A DNA stretch of 64,000 nucleotides from Antedon mediterranea. Taxonomy: Eukaryota; Animalia; Echinodermata. A program made the position numbers and the translations under genes. The DNA is taken from NCBI RefSeq assembly GCF_964355755.1, contig NC_092675.1, positions 9,233,812-9,297,811 of the forward strand. Reading direction: 5' to 3'. The notes beneath the pieces were generated by a model, which was given only the letters and a program-made list of their open reading frames with translations, was not told where the DNA came from and made no database searches. Below are positions 13,701 to 27,055 of this stretch, in pieces. How positions within the stretch are numbered: position 1 is the stretch's first letter; each line of letters begins with the position of its first letter.

Positions 13701-13929
13701 CGTAATTTCACCTATGCTACACTGTATATAGATATACAGTTATACTGTACATATTGTATATGACACATAATAGGCACAACTCAGCACTATAAGCGTATAT
13801 CAGGATGGTATACATCAACATTTTCCTATTGTATGTTAACGTACGTGCATGTTTAAAAAATATTAATGTCAGTAAAGCGATAAAAATGATCACCTATAAT
13901 TCGTCAAAGTGACGAATTAAATTCTAGTT
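10753..13929 (+). mobile_element. Helentron-type non-autonomous element (HINE/DINE-1-like), outer element
   Basis: 5' ttttAGGTGATCATTT..AAATGATCACCT; 3' AAATGATCACCT, hairpin aattcgtca-aag-tgacgaatt, ctagtt. Confidence 0.75.
10809..12412 (+). mobile_element. Second HINE-like element nested in the first
   Basis: 5' AGTTATCCGC attga GCGGATAACT; 3' GCGGATAACT, hairpin aactcgtca-aag-tgacgagtt, ctagtt; inserted at TT. Confidence 0.75.
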
Positions 13930-14611
13930 TATTTTGGCATTGTGTTGATACAAACAGCTGGGATACAGCATTGTTGTTGTCATCAATCAAATAGTGTTTA
14001 AATAAGTAAACTATTTAGCTCAGTGCGCGGTGTGAATGTGATAAAGACTTTGTGTACTGCGTAAAAATATTTTGTACATAATGAAATTCATCTGGAGATA
14101 ATTATTATTATGATTATTATTTGGAATCAATCTTTCAGTTACAGAATAAAATAATGTATACTGTATTTGATCAATTTTTTTTTTAACGAAATTAATTTGG
14201 TCTGGCATCAGCTTAACTATACATACAGGTGTACAGTATTTTTGCGCCCCTACCTCATCTCCGCTGGATCTGCCACTGTTAGTTGTCTATGGTTTCATGA
14301 TGGTATGTATCTACTCTTCTTATGAGAGTTATAAGTACATAACTCGTCCATGGACAAAAACCTCTAATGAGTAGAGGGTTGTTTTTTTTTCTCAAAGAAA
14401 AAAATGGGTATAGAAACAAAGCAACTAGTTGATACCTGTCTAATACAGACCTACTCCTGGCCAATATTGAACATTTGTATGCTATACAGTACATATACAT
14501 ACATTTTTTGTAAATACTCATTAATGAAATTTAATCAAGTTTGGTTTTCATTCTATTTGCTTAAATTTGTTAAATTAACACAATCTTCCTATCTTTTTTA
14601 AACTGTTGCAG

Positions 14612-14820
14612 GACCTTCTGGTTTCACGGACTGCCACACATAGTGCTGCCATGGGTCTTATTTCTTCCAGAGAATTCTGTGACCTAATATTGATCAAGAA
14701 GTATGCTGGTGACATTCTGAGTACTAACTCTAAAAGCATATCACACAGTGACTGTCCTCCAAGAGATGGATGTGTAAGAGGGTTTAACCATCCTGGGGGA
14801 ACATTTTGCATACCACAAAG
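14612..14820 (+). CDS. STARD5: STARD5-like internal exon
   Basis: ttgcag|GAC...AG|gtgagc; VSRTATHSAAMGLISSREFCDL...CPPRDGCVRGFNHPGG matches STARD5 SAAMKLISPRDFVDL...VRGFNHPCG. Confidence 0.92.
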
Positions 14821-15688
14821 GTGAGCACAGACAGTACATTTTGAGTGGGGAATGCAAACACTCAAATTTAATATATTTTATTTACGAATACAGTTTGGCA
14901 CGTCCGTGCATGGTTCACGGTACACATATTTTCTATGCTACAATTTAAGTTATATTTAGATTATGCACTAAAATGCTCTAAAACACAGCTCGCAAAGTCC
15001 TCAATATTGAGCTCCTCCTACCCCCTAAAAATAAATCCTTCACACACCCCACTCTTGACACATATAATTCATGATAAATGTCTGCAGAAAAGACAGGCAA
15101 GCCAAAAAAATGATCAAACTGTACTTTTTTCTGCCGGTAAACATGCATGTCCAACATTTTTTTGCTGTATGTTAGATGTTGAATCAGTATTTGTATAGGG
15201 GTCATAAAGTTGGACTATTACAAAAAAAAAACTTGAGAAAGCAATTGATGTCAGTCACTCACAGCATTCCTATGTGCTGCAACCATGCACGTATAATACA
15301 AACATTATTCACATTTTTAGAAATGCCACCATCAAATTGAAAATGGTGGTAACCCACGAGAAAGAGAATTATTTGAGAAAAAACATATACCAATTTGTGA
15401 GAAAATCAGGGAATATATAAGCGAGATCCGCTTGGTTGAATGCGATTGAAAAAAGTGAAAAAACCCTATTTTTTAAATTCAGGTGGCCAAATGATCTCAT
15501 CATTTGTACGTCTAATATGTATAATTAATTCATATCTACAACTCATTGGCTTCCATAATAAGTTTAAAAAATCCCTATTATATAAGATTTTTTTACACAA
15601 ATTTCATGTGCACATGTGTTGTCATTTTTTGTTTAACATTTAAAGTTTATGGAAAGGAAAGCAATTTATAACGTATTGTATCAAATCT

Positions 15689-16060
15689 TTATTAGGTGAT
15701 CATTTTAGAATTATTATTAATCAAATTCACTATACTTCAGGTCAAGGGTAAAAATATTAGGAAATAAAAACGTATGCATACACATTGAAATCGTGAGTTA
15801 ATAATTTCAAATGTTCAAAATTACATTTCGATCAATTTTTTTAGGCATCAAAAATTACTGCGCAAAAATGTTTTTGTTTTTATTTCGGGAAATACAAATA
15901 CATTCTACTTCTCTTCCTTAGTAAATTAACTGGATTTGAGTCCATTCCGACTTGAAATAGTGCTATAGGAGCACATTAAAAATAACAATGCTCTAAGTAC
16001 ATTAATTTCACTAAAGTGCTGACAATTTTTTTAATAGAAATAAAATGGTATTTTAAAAAA
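15689..16060 (+). mobile_element. Deleted copy of the outer HINE family
   Basis: ttattaggtgatcatttt then sequence similar to 12640-13010. Confidence 0.65.
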
Positions 16061-17759
16061 TGGTCTGACAAATTTCCGAGCCGGATGACACCCATCTTAA
16101 TTATCTCCTGGTCTTAGGCCTATGTAGAAAATAATTTAATCAATTTTAATATAATAATATTCCTGTTTCAGTAGGCTACTGTACTATTTTCGCCGTTTTC
16201 CACGTACTAGGCCTACGCTACATTCATTTCGTTGACTTCTTGCCTCACACTTTTTGTTGATGGTAAAATAATACCTCACATAAATCTTTGACTTGCCTTG
16301 CATGCCTTGTTGCCTCGCACTTTTTTTTATTACCCCTCAAATAATGAACTGAGCTCTTTTATCTGTACATAAAACCAAATGTCATAATCCAGTACAGACA
16401 AACTATACCTGCAAACCTGTCATAATAAAGGATTAATTTTGATGTTGTGAAATATTTCAATATTACATGATAAACTAATTGTTGAATAAATCAGTTTAGT
16501 TGTTATGTGTACAATATTTTGAATTAACATTTTAGAATCACCAGTGAATTCATCTTCATCAAGTTTTATTTATCTGTAACTCAAATTGCTTCATCATAAA
16601 CATTAAGCTCATCAAAGTACAGATTGTATCATATTATTCTGCCCCATTGAAAAGGTTTGTCCTGCACCTTTTGGCTTAGGGGTACAGTATGCACACATCC
16701 TTGATTGAGTAGTAACAATACTATTGCAAGTGCAAAGAAGGATAATTATAAAATCAATCAATTTTAACATTTCAGATCAACAACCAATCAGCAATCTCTT
16801 ATTGATAGATATGCTTTTTAAGTGATCACACTGTATGTATGTCCCTTAAAAAATTTACTTTAATACATTTTGAAGAAAAGTAACTACTACAGGAAATTCT
16901 GCTAAAATTCTTGGAAGGACTGTAAAAGACAATTTAAATATGTGTGTGTTTTTTATTTATAATTTCTATTTATAGAATTGGTATATAGTGTATAAAATAC
17001 TATAATTAAATTAGGTCTCTTTATTAATACTAACACATTCATTTTCTATTTAAAATAGCATAGTGTTTTCAAATAGTGTTAAATTTGAATTTAAACTAAA
17101 TATGTATTCAATTTCTTCCTATCTAAATTTCCAAACATTTACAAGAAGCCATGTGGATAAAAGAGTTTGGTTTTGGTAATCAGGGTTGGGTACCTACTAA
17201 TAGCAAGCAATCACCCAGCTCAGTGCAAGTATGTTATCTATGGTGGGGCCATCCCATTAAGCAGCGGGATAACTGTATCAGGATTGCAGACCTAACTTAA
17301 TTAAACGGCTGACAATTTCAAAACATGCTTGAGAGCATCATCTGTGGCAGTCCCATGGAGCCTGAGCCTGAATGCGACACCCTTGTCTGATAGGCTAATT
17401 GAAGGCTTGCAGGTGGGCATGTTTTACCACTGAGTCTGACCCCATTCAAGGTGACCCATGGCAGATAAACACCTGTTTGTTGCCAAGTGAAAGATAGAAG
17501 GTCCATTCGGATGTAACGTTTGTTTTCATACTTCCAATTTTGCTAATGTTAATATTATTCACCATCTCTGTGTGTTGCTTTAAGGTGGTTTACTTTCCTC
17601 CAGGGTATTTTATGGAAGACCTTTATTATTTGAACATTTTTAAACACACATCTGTAAATATTTTAGTTTAATTTGGGTTTGTTTATATTTGTATTTTATA
17701 GTGCTAACGGCGGCGTCTAATAATTTCAGTCACGCTTCGTCGCAATCACTCTGTAAGCA

Positions 17760-18037
17760 ATTTACAATATGAGTTTGTTAAAAATTGAGGGAAAAGTCTA
17801 ATTTTCTCGTTAAATCCCAAATTTTGTACATCGCAACATAAGAAATTATACCTGTATTACAATATTTTCTCAACCTACTGTGTAAGTTTCATTAATAGAG
17901 TAAGAGCATTTTTTTAGATAGATAATAGGTACAAAAATACTGTAGGCCCTACAGTAAGAAATAAAAAGGAGAAAAAAAAATAGTAAGTTTTTGTACAATA
18001 ACAATAGGTGATCATTTTATTTTAAATGATCACAATA
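17760..18037 (-). mobile_element. 5' fragment of the outer HINE family, lacking the nested insert
   Basis: reverse complement reads gtgatcatttaaaataaaatgatcacctattgttattgtac. Confidence 0.6.
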
Positions 18038-19100
18038 ATTTACATGGAATATCCTTTTCATACCCAAATATGAAAATAGCATGGACATCAATCACCTGTC
18101 AACTCTTCACTTCCTGTGCTTACTTTGAGGTTTTGTAAAGTGCATTTGTTTTGTTAATTACATGTACATCATTACTTGCACGTGCCCATCTCCAAGTGAA
18201 TGTATCCTGAATCATGTTTCATTTTTTTTTCATGTTTATAATGGATGTACTTTATGAACTTATGATTAAAAGCCGAAGCAAAAGAAATCATTCTGTTTTA
18301 AGATAAGCGTTCAAGGAATGTTTGATTATGACACCATGTTGTACTTGTGAATCTTAATTGTAGGTAATGGATGCAATTACTGTATAGTGACAACTAAATG
18401 GACTGATGAATGTTATTTCAAATGCATTGTTTATCCGTTCATAGTATAATTGATGGCTGTGTATGTTATTTCATGTATTCTCTGTTTTTGTGTTTCAGGA
18501 TAACACCGCAATTATAGAGTCGTAAAAGATATAATTAATGTCAGTTGAAAAATGTCTGTAGTAAATAGAAAATGTTTGTAGTTTGTAGTGACTGTGTCAC
18601 TGAGTCAATCTGTACATATATTTCTGAGCATGATTGTTGGACTTGCATACATGCCAACTCTCCCATTTGGCCTAACATTCTGATCCATGCTCTACATGTA
18701 GATGTATTATGCACATGAAAACTAACTGTGTTTTGACACGGTTGTGAGAATATCAGGAAGCGGGTGCTTTTCGTGGCATGGATTATTGATTTCCATACTT
18801 TTTGTGTTAATATGCTGAGGATTTCCAATTTTACAGTAGGCCAATTGATAATGTAGAGTTTGAATGCATTTCTGTTATATTTATCTCCAATCTGATAAAC
18901 AAATCTTGAGTAGATTCAGTGAAGTAAATTAAAAACTATACTTTTGCAATATTTTTTTATTTGTTTGCTTTTATAACTAATTTAAAAATAAATATAACCA
19001 ATGTATTGCATGGTTGTGTTTAATCTACTGTATTAAATGCTCATAAGTCATAGTATTCCTAATGTATTCTCTTACTGTACTAATATTTTATTTTTTCCAG

Positions 19101-19242
19101 TGATGGTAGTACTAAGGTAGTTAACATCGTTCAGACAGAGCTCGGTGGCATGCTGCCTACATCTCTCGTTGAGTCAGCCGTACCAAGTAGCCTTATAAAC
19201 TTCTTTGTAGATTTGGAACAAGCAGTGAAAAATAGCAGATAG
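19101..19242 (+). CDS. STARD5: STARD5-like terminal coding exon
   Basis: ttttccag|T GAT GGT...AGA TAG; DGSTKVVNIVQTELGGMLPTSLVESAVPSSLINFFVDLEQAVKNSR*, the START C-terminal D/ELxGxLP helix; phase 2 matches previous exon. Confidence 0.9.
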
Positions 19243-21549
19243 ACATAACTGACAGCCACAAGCGCGGTTTATTATCGTTCAGTAAAAATAATAGGAACAT
19301 TATAAAGAAGTGAATACAATAGAAGTGAGAATACTAGGATACTGTAACATCCATATTCATGACAAGAAAAAAACAAAGTGGGTGAAACCATGTGTTTTTT
19401 AATGGTGTAATTGAATTACCAAATGATACTACTTTGTAGAAAACTGGTCTTTTATATTTTTCAATAATATATGACTTTTATGGCATTCATGGCCTATTAT
19501 TAAGGTTTCATGTGTGTACCATATTCAATATTATCCCTGTAAACTATCTCTCTAATAAACAAACAAAAAAAGCAAAGCATTGAAATAAGGTATAAAACCC
19601 TCTAAGCAACAATTTTGACATTGGTACCGGATATTGTAGGCTTAAGATCACCACTTTACATGAATATACTATGTAAAGTATTCTTTATCAAGTCTTTTGA
19701 GGTACTGTTTCTGCTGAAATGTTAAAAAATAAAATGTTTTTAGTAAACCGATTTCAGTTACAGGTATTTGTTATTTAACAAAGATTTGTATTAGTTGTCT
19801 GTGGCTGGTTGTGTAATGATATCATTTATCCACAGAGAGTAGTCAATGTCCACACCAGTCAATGACCTTCTGAATTAATGTAGGTCAAATCAGTCCACAA
19901 TACTGTGTTGCAGCTAATAATTGCTCCACAGAAACCATTTTTTTTTACAATTTAACCTCAATCAACTTTTTAGTTCCTAATTCAAAGATAGGCCTATTCT
20001 TACTTGGTAGTATCTACCTGAATGAAAATCATTAATCACATCCTCCTGCCCCTGGATAGGTATATTTGTTTTCTATTGAACGTTCCTATTTAAACATTTT
20101 GCAGAATTATGCCTATATGGTTTGTCTGCCACTTGTCTCCCCAGTTGCTAGACATGACCTAATTAATGTTTGTGCAAAAAATAACCCCTTATGTGCTTTA
20201 TGGACTCGCTTTAATGTTATGTCTTGTGAGCCTGGTTGGCTGGTGCTTAGTAAATTAAGATGCCATTGGTTCTTATCAATATCTATAATCCAATCAAAAT
20301 ACATTATTTTAATATTATTTTAAATTGTATTTTATAGTCATTAGTACTTATTTTTCAATTATGTTAGAAAAATAATTTGAAGAAATTGGAAATGTTATTA
20401 TAAAACTGTAACCAAATATTTTTTTTAACTAGCTGCATGTAATATTTTGTTTACTGTACCTGCATATTGCCTACTGTACTGTATATAATCTCATTCCATT
20501 TTTAACATTATTATATAAATGTTCAATAGATAGATAATGTTTAACTGCATATCTACCGAAATTATGGATTAGCCCACTGGAAAATAGCAATATTACACCT
20601 TGTTATTTCATCAATATGAAACATTTCTCTTTTTTAAAGAGAACTGACCGGCTCTCCCATGGTTTTTATATGTTAAAAAATATCAAGCAAAGTAGTACAG
20701 TATTTGCATAATTTAAGATGACAGTCATAGGTATATGACACTGTATTATTTATTTTTATTATAAACTGACAAATTATACCTACTTTGTTTCATTGCGCAG
20801 CTGTTATAAACAAGTTAAAATGTATAAATGTTAGATTAATGCATTCCCTATGTGGTAAAGACAGTGCTCATTGTATAAAAAATAATGCTATACTTGCTAA
20901 TAAATATGTAAATTGCTATTAAACATGATTGATTGATTGTATTAACCAGAGTCACCAATAGGATCTACAAACAATATTATTATAAACTAACAAATATCTA
21001 ATAATTTAAAAAAAAAAATCGTTAAATCTCAATAATTTGAATAATTTAATTACACAATTCCCTACAAAAATGATTTTAAGAAAAAAGTTATAGGAAGAAC
21101 CATACAATACGATTAGTCGAACCTAATCTCCAGTAACTGCTTGTCGCGCCTTTTCAAAGCACAATTACAATTTCTATTCTATTTTTCTCCATTTTCTTAG
21201 CTTATGATGGGGCTGGTCCTGGAGATTTCATTTTTATATTTCAAAGAATAATTTCCGCAGGCCTAACGGCTCAAATTTTCTACATGTTCTTACCTCAGCC
21301 TCATGGTAGGGCTGGTCATGGAAACTTCATTGACTTATACGCAGAACCGCTCTGTATACAAGCCTCATTAACGGTTCTATATTGTATTGAGTGTTGTAAT
21401 ACGCACAGAATGCCTTTTTCTGACGACAGCTATGCATACGTATTGAGGAGATCGGGCATCCGGCTTTTTCTTGTATGTAATTAAACAATGCATAAATCAC
21501 TGAATAATTCATTATTTTGTAAGTGAAAGAATTAAAAGATTAGCTGACG

Positions 21550-22135
21550 TACTTTGTAAATATAAAAACTACTTTGTAAATATAAAAAATACATCCTAAA
21601 TATAACAAAGCCACATACATGGCTGCAGTCGCATGCTCAAATTTGTGTTAGTGTTTACCGACAGACCAACCACCTGACTAACCGGCCGACATAGTGAGTT
21701 GTAGAGTCGCGTTACACACGATTAAAAACTACTTCGTAAATATAAAAACTATTTTTTAAGTATAAAAACTCCTTAAATATAAAAAATATAGTACTTCACA
21801 ATTTTCAAAAACGCCTTCTTAAATATAAAAAAATCCTCCCTAAAGATAAAAACACATTCCTAAATAGAAAAGTATTTCCTAAACATAAAAACTACTTTTT
21901 TTTTATTATAAAAACTACTTCCTAAATATAAAAACTACTTTGTAAATATTAAAAACTACATCAGAAATATAAAAACTACTTCCTAAATACAGTCTAAAAA
22001 TCCTAAAATACAATAAGTACTTCCTAAATATAAAAACTACTTTGTAATAAAAAGTACTTCCTAAATATAAAAACTACTTTGTAATAAAAAGTACTTCATA
22101 AATATAAAAACTCCTTCTTAAATGTAAAAATTTCA
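21550..22135. repeat. Degenerate ~20-22-bp tandem repeat (aaatataaaaactacttYgt/cct)
   Basis: many imperfect copies, interrupted by a mini-HINE. Confidence 0.8.
21604..21728 (-). mobile_element. Mini HINE-like element
   Basis: same layout as 63304-63408, more diverged. Confidence 0.65.
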
Positions 22136-22854
22136 GAATGGCCGCTTCTTAAAATCTTTTTTTTTTAACCGCTGGCCATAATAATCCGATAATAAATGTG
22201 AAAAAAAGTTTTCTTGGTCAATTTATGTGCATTGATTATGAATCTGACAGAAAATTTGTTCCTGTTTTTCCTGCTATTCAATTAAATATATATATATATA
22301 TAAACCCATTACAGGCACAGAATAAGTAAAGTTCAGAACGATAAAGATGGAAAAGTTGCAATAATCGAGATTCAAACACGGATGATTTTTCAAATTCGAT
22401 TAAAGCGACTCCTTTAGGCCCACATCCTATGAAAACGTACTAAAAAACAGTTTTTCTTTTACGTTAGCCCATTTTTGTTCAGCTTTGATAAAGTTACATG
22501 CATGTTCATAATTGGAAAGTTCCGTTTTGTATATGTTCCATATTCATTGTGAAACGTTGTCTTCGTTTAATGAAAATTATTAGAATAATTATAGGTCTAC
22601 ATGACTTATATATAAAACAGAAAATAGAATTAATTCATTGATGAGTTTCTGTTATTAGTATTCCATACTATAAAATTGATGGTCTGTTTCGTTTGCAGAG
22701 AAACACGTTACAAACTACAAAGGTTTAATATGTTTTATTAAAACTGTTGCAGGTCAAAGGTCTATATTGACCAATAATAGCAATATTTATGTTCATACAG
22801 TACTTTTAATATAATTATTTTAATAAATGGAATTTTATTTATTTTATGTCTTTA

Positions 22855-23100
22855 GGCAATGTGGCCAAGGATTACCAATAGTGAATTAATCACTGTCCTA
22901 TCAGATAGGCTATAGACATGGGCTATTGTGTGAACAAATTCACCGGGGTAACCCCCTACTCTTTTTCGAATAATGAACTGGGTTCTTTAAAGTACACACA
23001 GGTTATAACTGTGTACACTGGACCTACGGTTTATAGTCCTTATCCGAGAAGACTTGTTCCACCACCAGAACTAGGAGCGAGTCGGCCTCGAACCCTTGCC
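22855..23100 (-). mobile_element. tRNA-derived SINE with Nin/Deu-type central domain
   Basis: minus strand: B-box ggttcgaggcc, then gtcttctcggataaggactataaaccgtaggtcc...ttaaagaaccc...aagagtagggg. Confidence 0.75.
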
Positions 23101-25173
23101 GATGTTGTTGTTGTTGGAATATGTTCAGTTGGAAAATTCTCTATGGACAATTGACCAATTTGGTTTAGTTTGTTGTTATATGTGTTCGGTTAGGTTTGTA
23201 TTAACCTAGAAAAGTTTAGAAATCAGAACAGATAAAATATAAGAACTTCTTCAAACGGTTATTTAGATCATCGTTGATCTGTGAAATAATTGAGAAACTT
23301 TTTTTGTTTGAAGAGATTTGTATTGAATATGTTCATTGGAACTGCTGTTTTTCTTCCATGTTTTATTATTGTTATTATCTGGGATCTAATTACAGCTAAT
23401 AAACTTTTACAATTACAAAATAATCATTTGGTTGCTGGATTACATAACTTAACGTATCCATTTATTCGCTAGGAAATGTAAATACTGCTGGGACAGTCCC
23501 ATGACGGAATAATTTAATTCGTTAGGACGAAAAACTCCAGTAAAAATAAAAACGAAAAATGTGTTATCAATGAATATGTATTGTTAAGCTATAGTATTTT
23601 ACGGAGTGAAATTACATGAATTTTGAGGACTACACAAATATATAGGCTTACATATTTCTTTGAAATTTTTACTGGCATTTCTTGTTTATTGTTACACAGG
23701 GTAGTAAACACCTGGCGCGTGGTTAAATAATGTCTGCTTCTCTTCCTCAATTGTCAATTCTTGGTCACACCGTTGAGGAATTGGTTTTTATCACCTGTCA
23801 CACTTCCCTTGTATGAAGCTTTTTGTTCATATATCCGTATTCAATTGTTTGTGGAAACTCTGATCAGGTGTTCATGAATACCCAAGACCACATTCATTTT
23901 AGTAAATCTAATGGTCTAAATTATGCATCTGTTCTCGGTTCCAATTCGAGACAGTAAGTGCAAAAATGAAATAAGCCTCTTGCAAATGGGTTCCAGCTCG
24001 TTGTCACCTGGTATTTTGCCACCCGGCCCATTGCCACCTCCTCTTTTGTCATTGCCACCCGACAAGTCCAAAGGTTTGCGATGGGGCGGGGGTCAGGGTG
24101 GCTTTTCAAGAAAAAAATGGGTTTGTTTTAGTACAGCTTATACACTTAATATTGGTAAAAAGATAAATATCATAACTGCTCTCCTGATCTCTGGTCTCGA
24201 TAATAAATAGAAGGCATTGTTGAAATTTTTTTTTTTCCAAGACCGAACATCTCATGTTTTTACTTCAGATATATGATGTAACTGTATATTTTTTATACAC
24301 CGTGTGTATAAAAAATATAGTATAATGGTGTAATGGCGATTTCAACAAGTCTTGTGTTTACATGTGATTCCTTCTGAATTTAAAATAAGGAAACACAAAG
24401 CATGGGCTATCATCACATGCTAGTGTCAACACCTAACTTTACCCCAACCACAGCTTGCAGAATTCATTTTTTGTTATCCAAAGTTTGGTTGCCCTTATTT
24501 TCTTTTTAATTTGCCCACAAATTTGTTCATTATTATAAAAAATACTATATATGACTCTAGCAGTACTACGACTGTACTACTACAGTATCAAAGGCATTTA
24601 TCATCAATTGACAAATAAATATTTAATATATATTGATAGATGAACTGAAAATCTGAGTTTAAATACAATAGGAGGCCTTTATATATAATGTTTTACAATA
24701 ACAACTTCTTTATTTACAACATTTTAGTATAGCAGTAAATTGTACATGCATTATCCTTGGAGTGTAGTACTGATTCTGTGAGCATTGCCAACCCTAACTT
24801 GATCAAAGTGAGTAAATTGACACATGTACAGTACTTAGATGAACAGAGTACTTGGATGAACAGAGTAAAAGTAAAAGTGTTTTCCGTTAACAAATTGGTA
24901 TAACTAAAAAACACACAAAAACAAAACAACCATGAATTTTACAATTTTTTAACTTTTGGTATTTCAAAATAAATTTGTCAAACATGTTATAATAAATTAT
25001 TTCAAAACTGTTTTAGGTCATGCAATCATTTCTGATATCAAGCTTTTAACAAGTTTTCACATCTTTTTTTAAGTCAATCCAGATTCACAATTCTTCCAAT
25101 TTCAAAATATATACAGTATTATTCAATCTTTCTGCAGGTTGCAGCCGACATTGACAATATAGATCTTATTATT

Positions 25174-25318
25174 TTAAAGTTTTCTATTAAGCCTTGCTTC
25201 TCGTAATGCCTTTTCCCGCTGTTCCAGTTGTTCCTTGATTGTGTCTTGTAGCAGTGGACTTGTAAACCAATTGGCTGCAAAATCATGAATACGGTCTGGA
25301 CGTTTACTTAATACATCT
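25174..25318 (-). CDS. RIIAD1: RIIa domain-containing protein 1-like, exon 3 (terminal)
   Basis: tttatag|A GAT GTA...CTT TAA; DVLSKRPDRIHDFAANWFTSPLL resembles RIIAD1 EIFLKRPDNILEFAADYFTDPRL. Confidence 0.92.
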
Positions 25319-25416
25319 CTATAAAAAAATAATTTAAAATTGATCTTAAATAATTTGATAAAATAAAAATATCAATATTGTTAAGAAAAATATGCATTAG
25401 ATTAATTTAAAATTAC

Positions 25417-25493
25417 CCTAAAAAAGCTGCAAGTAATAAGTCCACTTCAGGATGTTCACGTAAATACTTCTCATTTGCAAGTCTTGTAGCAAC
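25417..25493 (-). CDS. RIIAD1: RIIAD1-like exon 2
   Basis: tttag|GTT GCT...TTA GG|gtaatt; VATRLANEKYLREHPEVDLLLAAFL resembles IQTRIANEKYLRTHKEV. Confidence 0.92.
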
Positions 25494-27055
25494 CTAAATT
25501 ATATATATATACAGTATATAAAAAGCTCTGCATTTATGATTGTGACTATGGTAGTACAGTACTAGTTTAGTAGCTATTGTCGATGAGGTCAAATTATTAT
25601 CCAAAATAACTAAGGGCAACTAATTTCATGGTTAAAAAAACCCCGATCGCCTCATGCGTTGGCCCAATCGTCCCGTGTTCAGAACCATATTGGTCCAGAT
25701 CGTCCTAGGCCTATTCGTTAGCCCTGATTGTCTTCGTGCGCACAGGGCCCGATCGTCTGGATCTTGTGAGAAAGATAAAATCAAATTTTATATACGCCCT
25801 ATACTGGAGTATGCTGTAGCTGTGTGGAATGGATGACTAAAAACACAGATTTTCTGTATTTTCTCTCATAATGTACTCTCGACATCTGGAGGCTGCCGAG
25901 ACACGTCTGAGGTAGTTGAGGGCATAACCCTGGTTTTGTGCTGCCTTTCATGCCATGGTGGCTCACGCATAATGAAGCACTTGGAGAAAGTCAATTTTGG
26001 AAACATTGCTATTTTATTCTTTTACAAATTTTCGTGTACAATTTGTATATATTTATATACTCGAGTGAGTGGCCCAATTTGTTTTTTTAGGCGATTTTGA
26101 AAATGTAAAACCTCTAGATGGTTGGAAATGGCACTCTCACGTTATTATAGTAAATGTATTAAAAATTGATATTTTAAATATGAAAACTGGGGTACTAGCC
26201 TATTAAAGGGTGACATTTTTCCTATAGGCCTATTTTTAAAAGCGTCACAACAGGGCGTTTCGCGCAAGCCGGCGGGGAAAGTTGCTTTTCCAGGGCCGTC
26301 GACAGGACCTGTGGCGAAGCGAACTTTGTTAAATGACGCCCCAGATGGTCGGAAGAAATGGTACTCTCGCACATAAAATTCATGATAAATGGCACCTCTA
26401 ATTTGCAGGAAAAGACACTCTCATTGCAACATGCTACCAATGAGCAAAACGATCATACTTTTTCCCTCCAATAAACACACATGACTAAATACAGGACGAT
26501 ATAACATTTTGTTGCCTATTTCATTCACTTAGTATTTAGTTTTGATTGCGTTCAAGTTCAATGCGAACGTACATCTAGGGGAAGCCCCGAAAATGTAATG
26601 CTTATTATATAGCTCAATATTTATTTACATCAATTTGTTGAAGAAATTAAATAAATAAATAGGTATTGATACAGTTGGGTGGGTGGCCTAGAAAAAAAAT
26701 CGGTTGCTATAATGTATACTACAGTACACAGTTACCACAGTAAGTGTAGGCCTACGATATTATTATAACATATCCATTATGATGATGATCTGTAGGTAAC
26801 CAATGGCATTCCATTTTTGACGTATATACTGTACACCATTTATGCTTGCTGACTGCCAGCGATCTAAACAATAGGTAGGCCTACGTGGTTGTATGGCGGT
26901 GTCCTTTGTACGAATCGTTCGTGCCCTGAGTATGGGTACTATACACGCATCAATATCATGTTACATCCAGGGACCAAAATGCCAAATTTATTTTTCAGGT
27001 AAAAATAGGCCGGCAATTCATTTCGCAACTCTTACAAATTTACAGACAGCAATGG

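Noticed and set aside
17318-17506. LPWVTLNG resembling the GILT thiol reductase motif
   Set aside because: No CxxC motif or other GILT exons seen; likely chance
17140-17512. Telomerase RNA, 7SK or RNase P/MRP candidate
   Set aside because: No CUAACCCU-type template and none of the conserved boxes of these RNAs recognised
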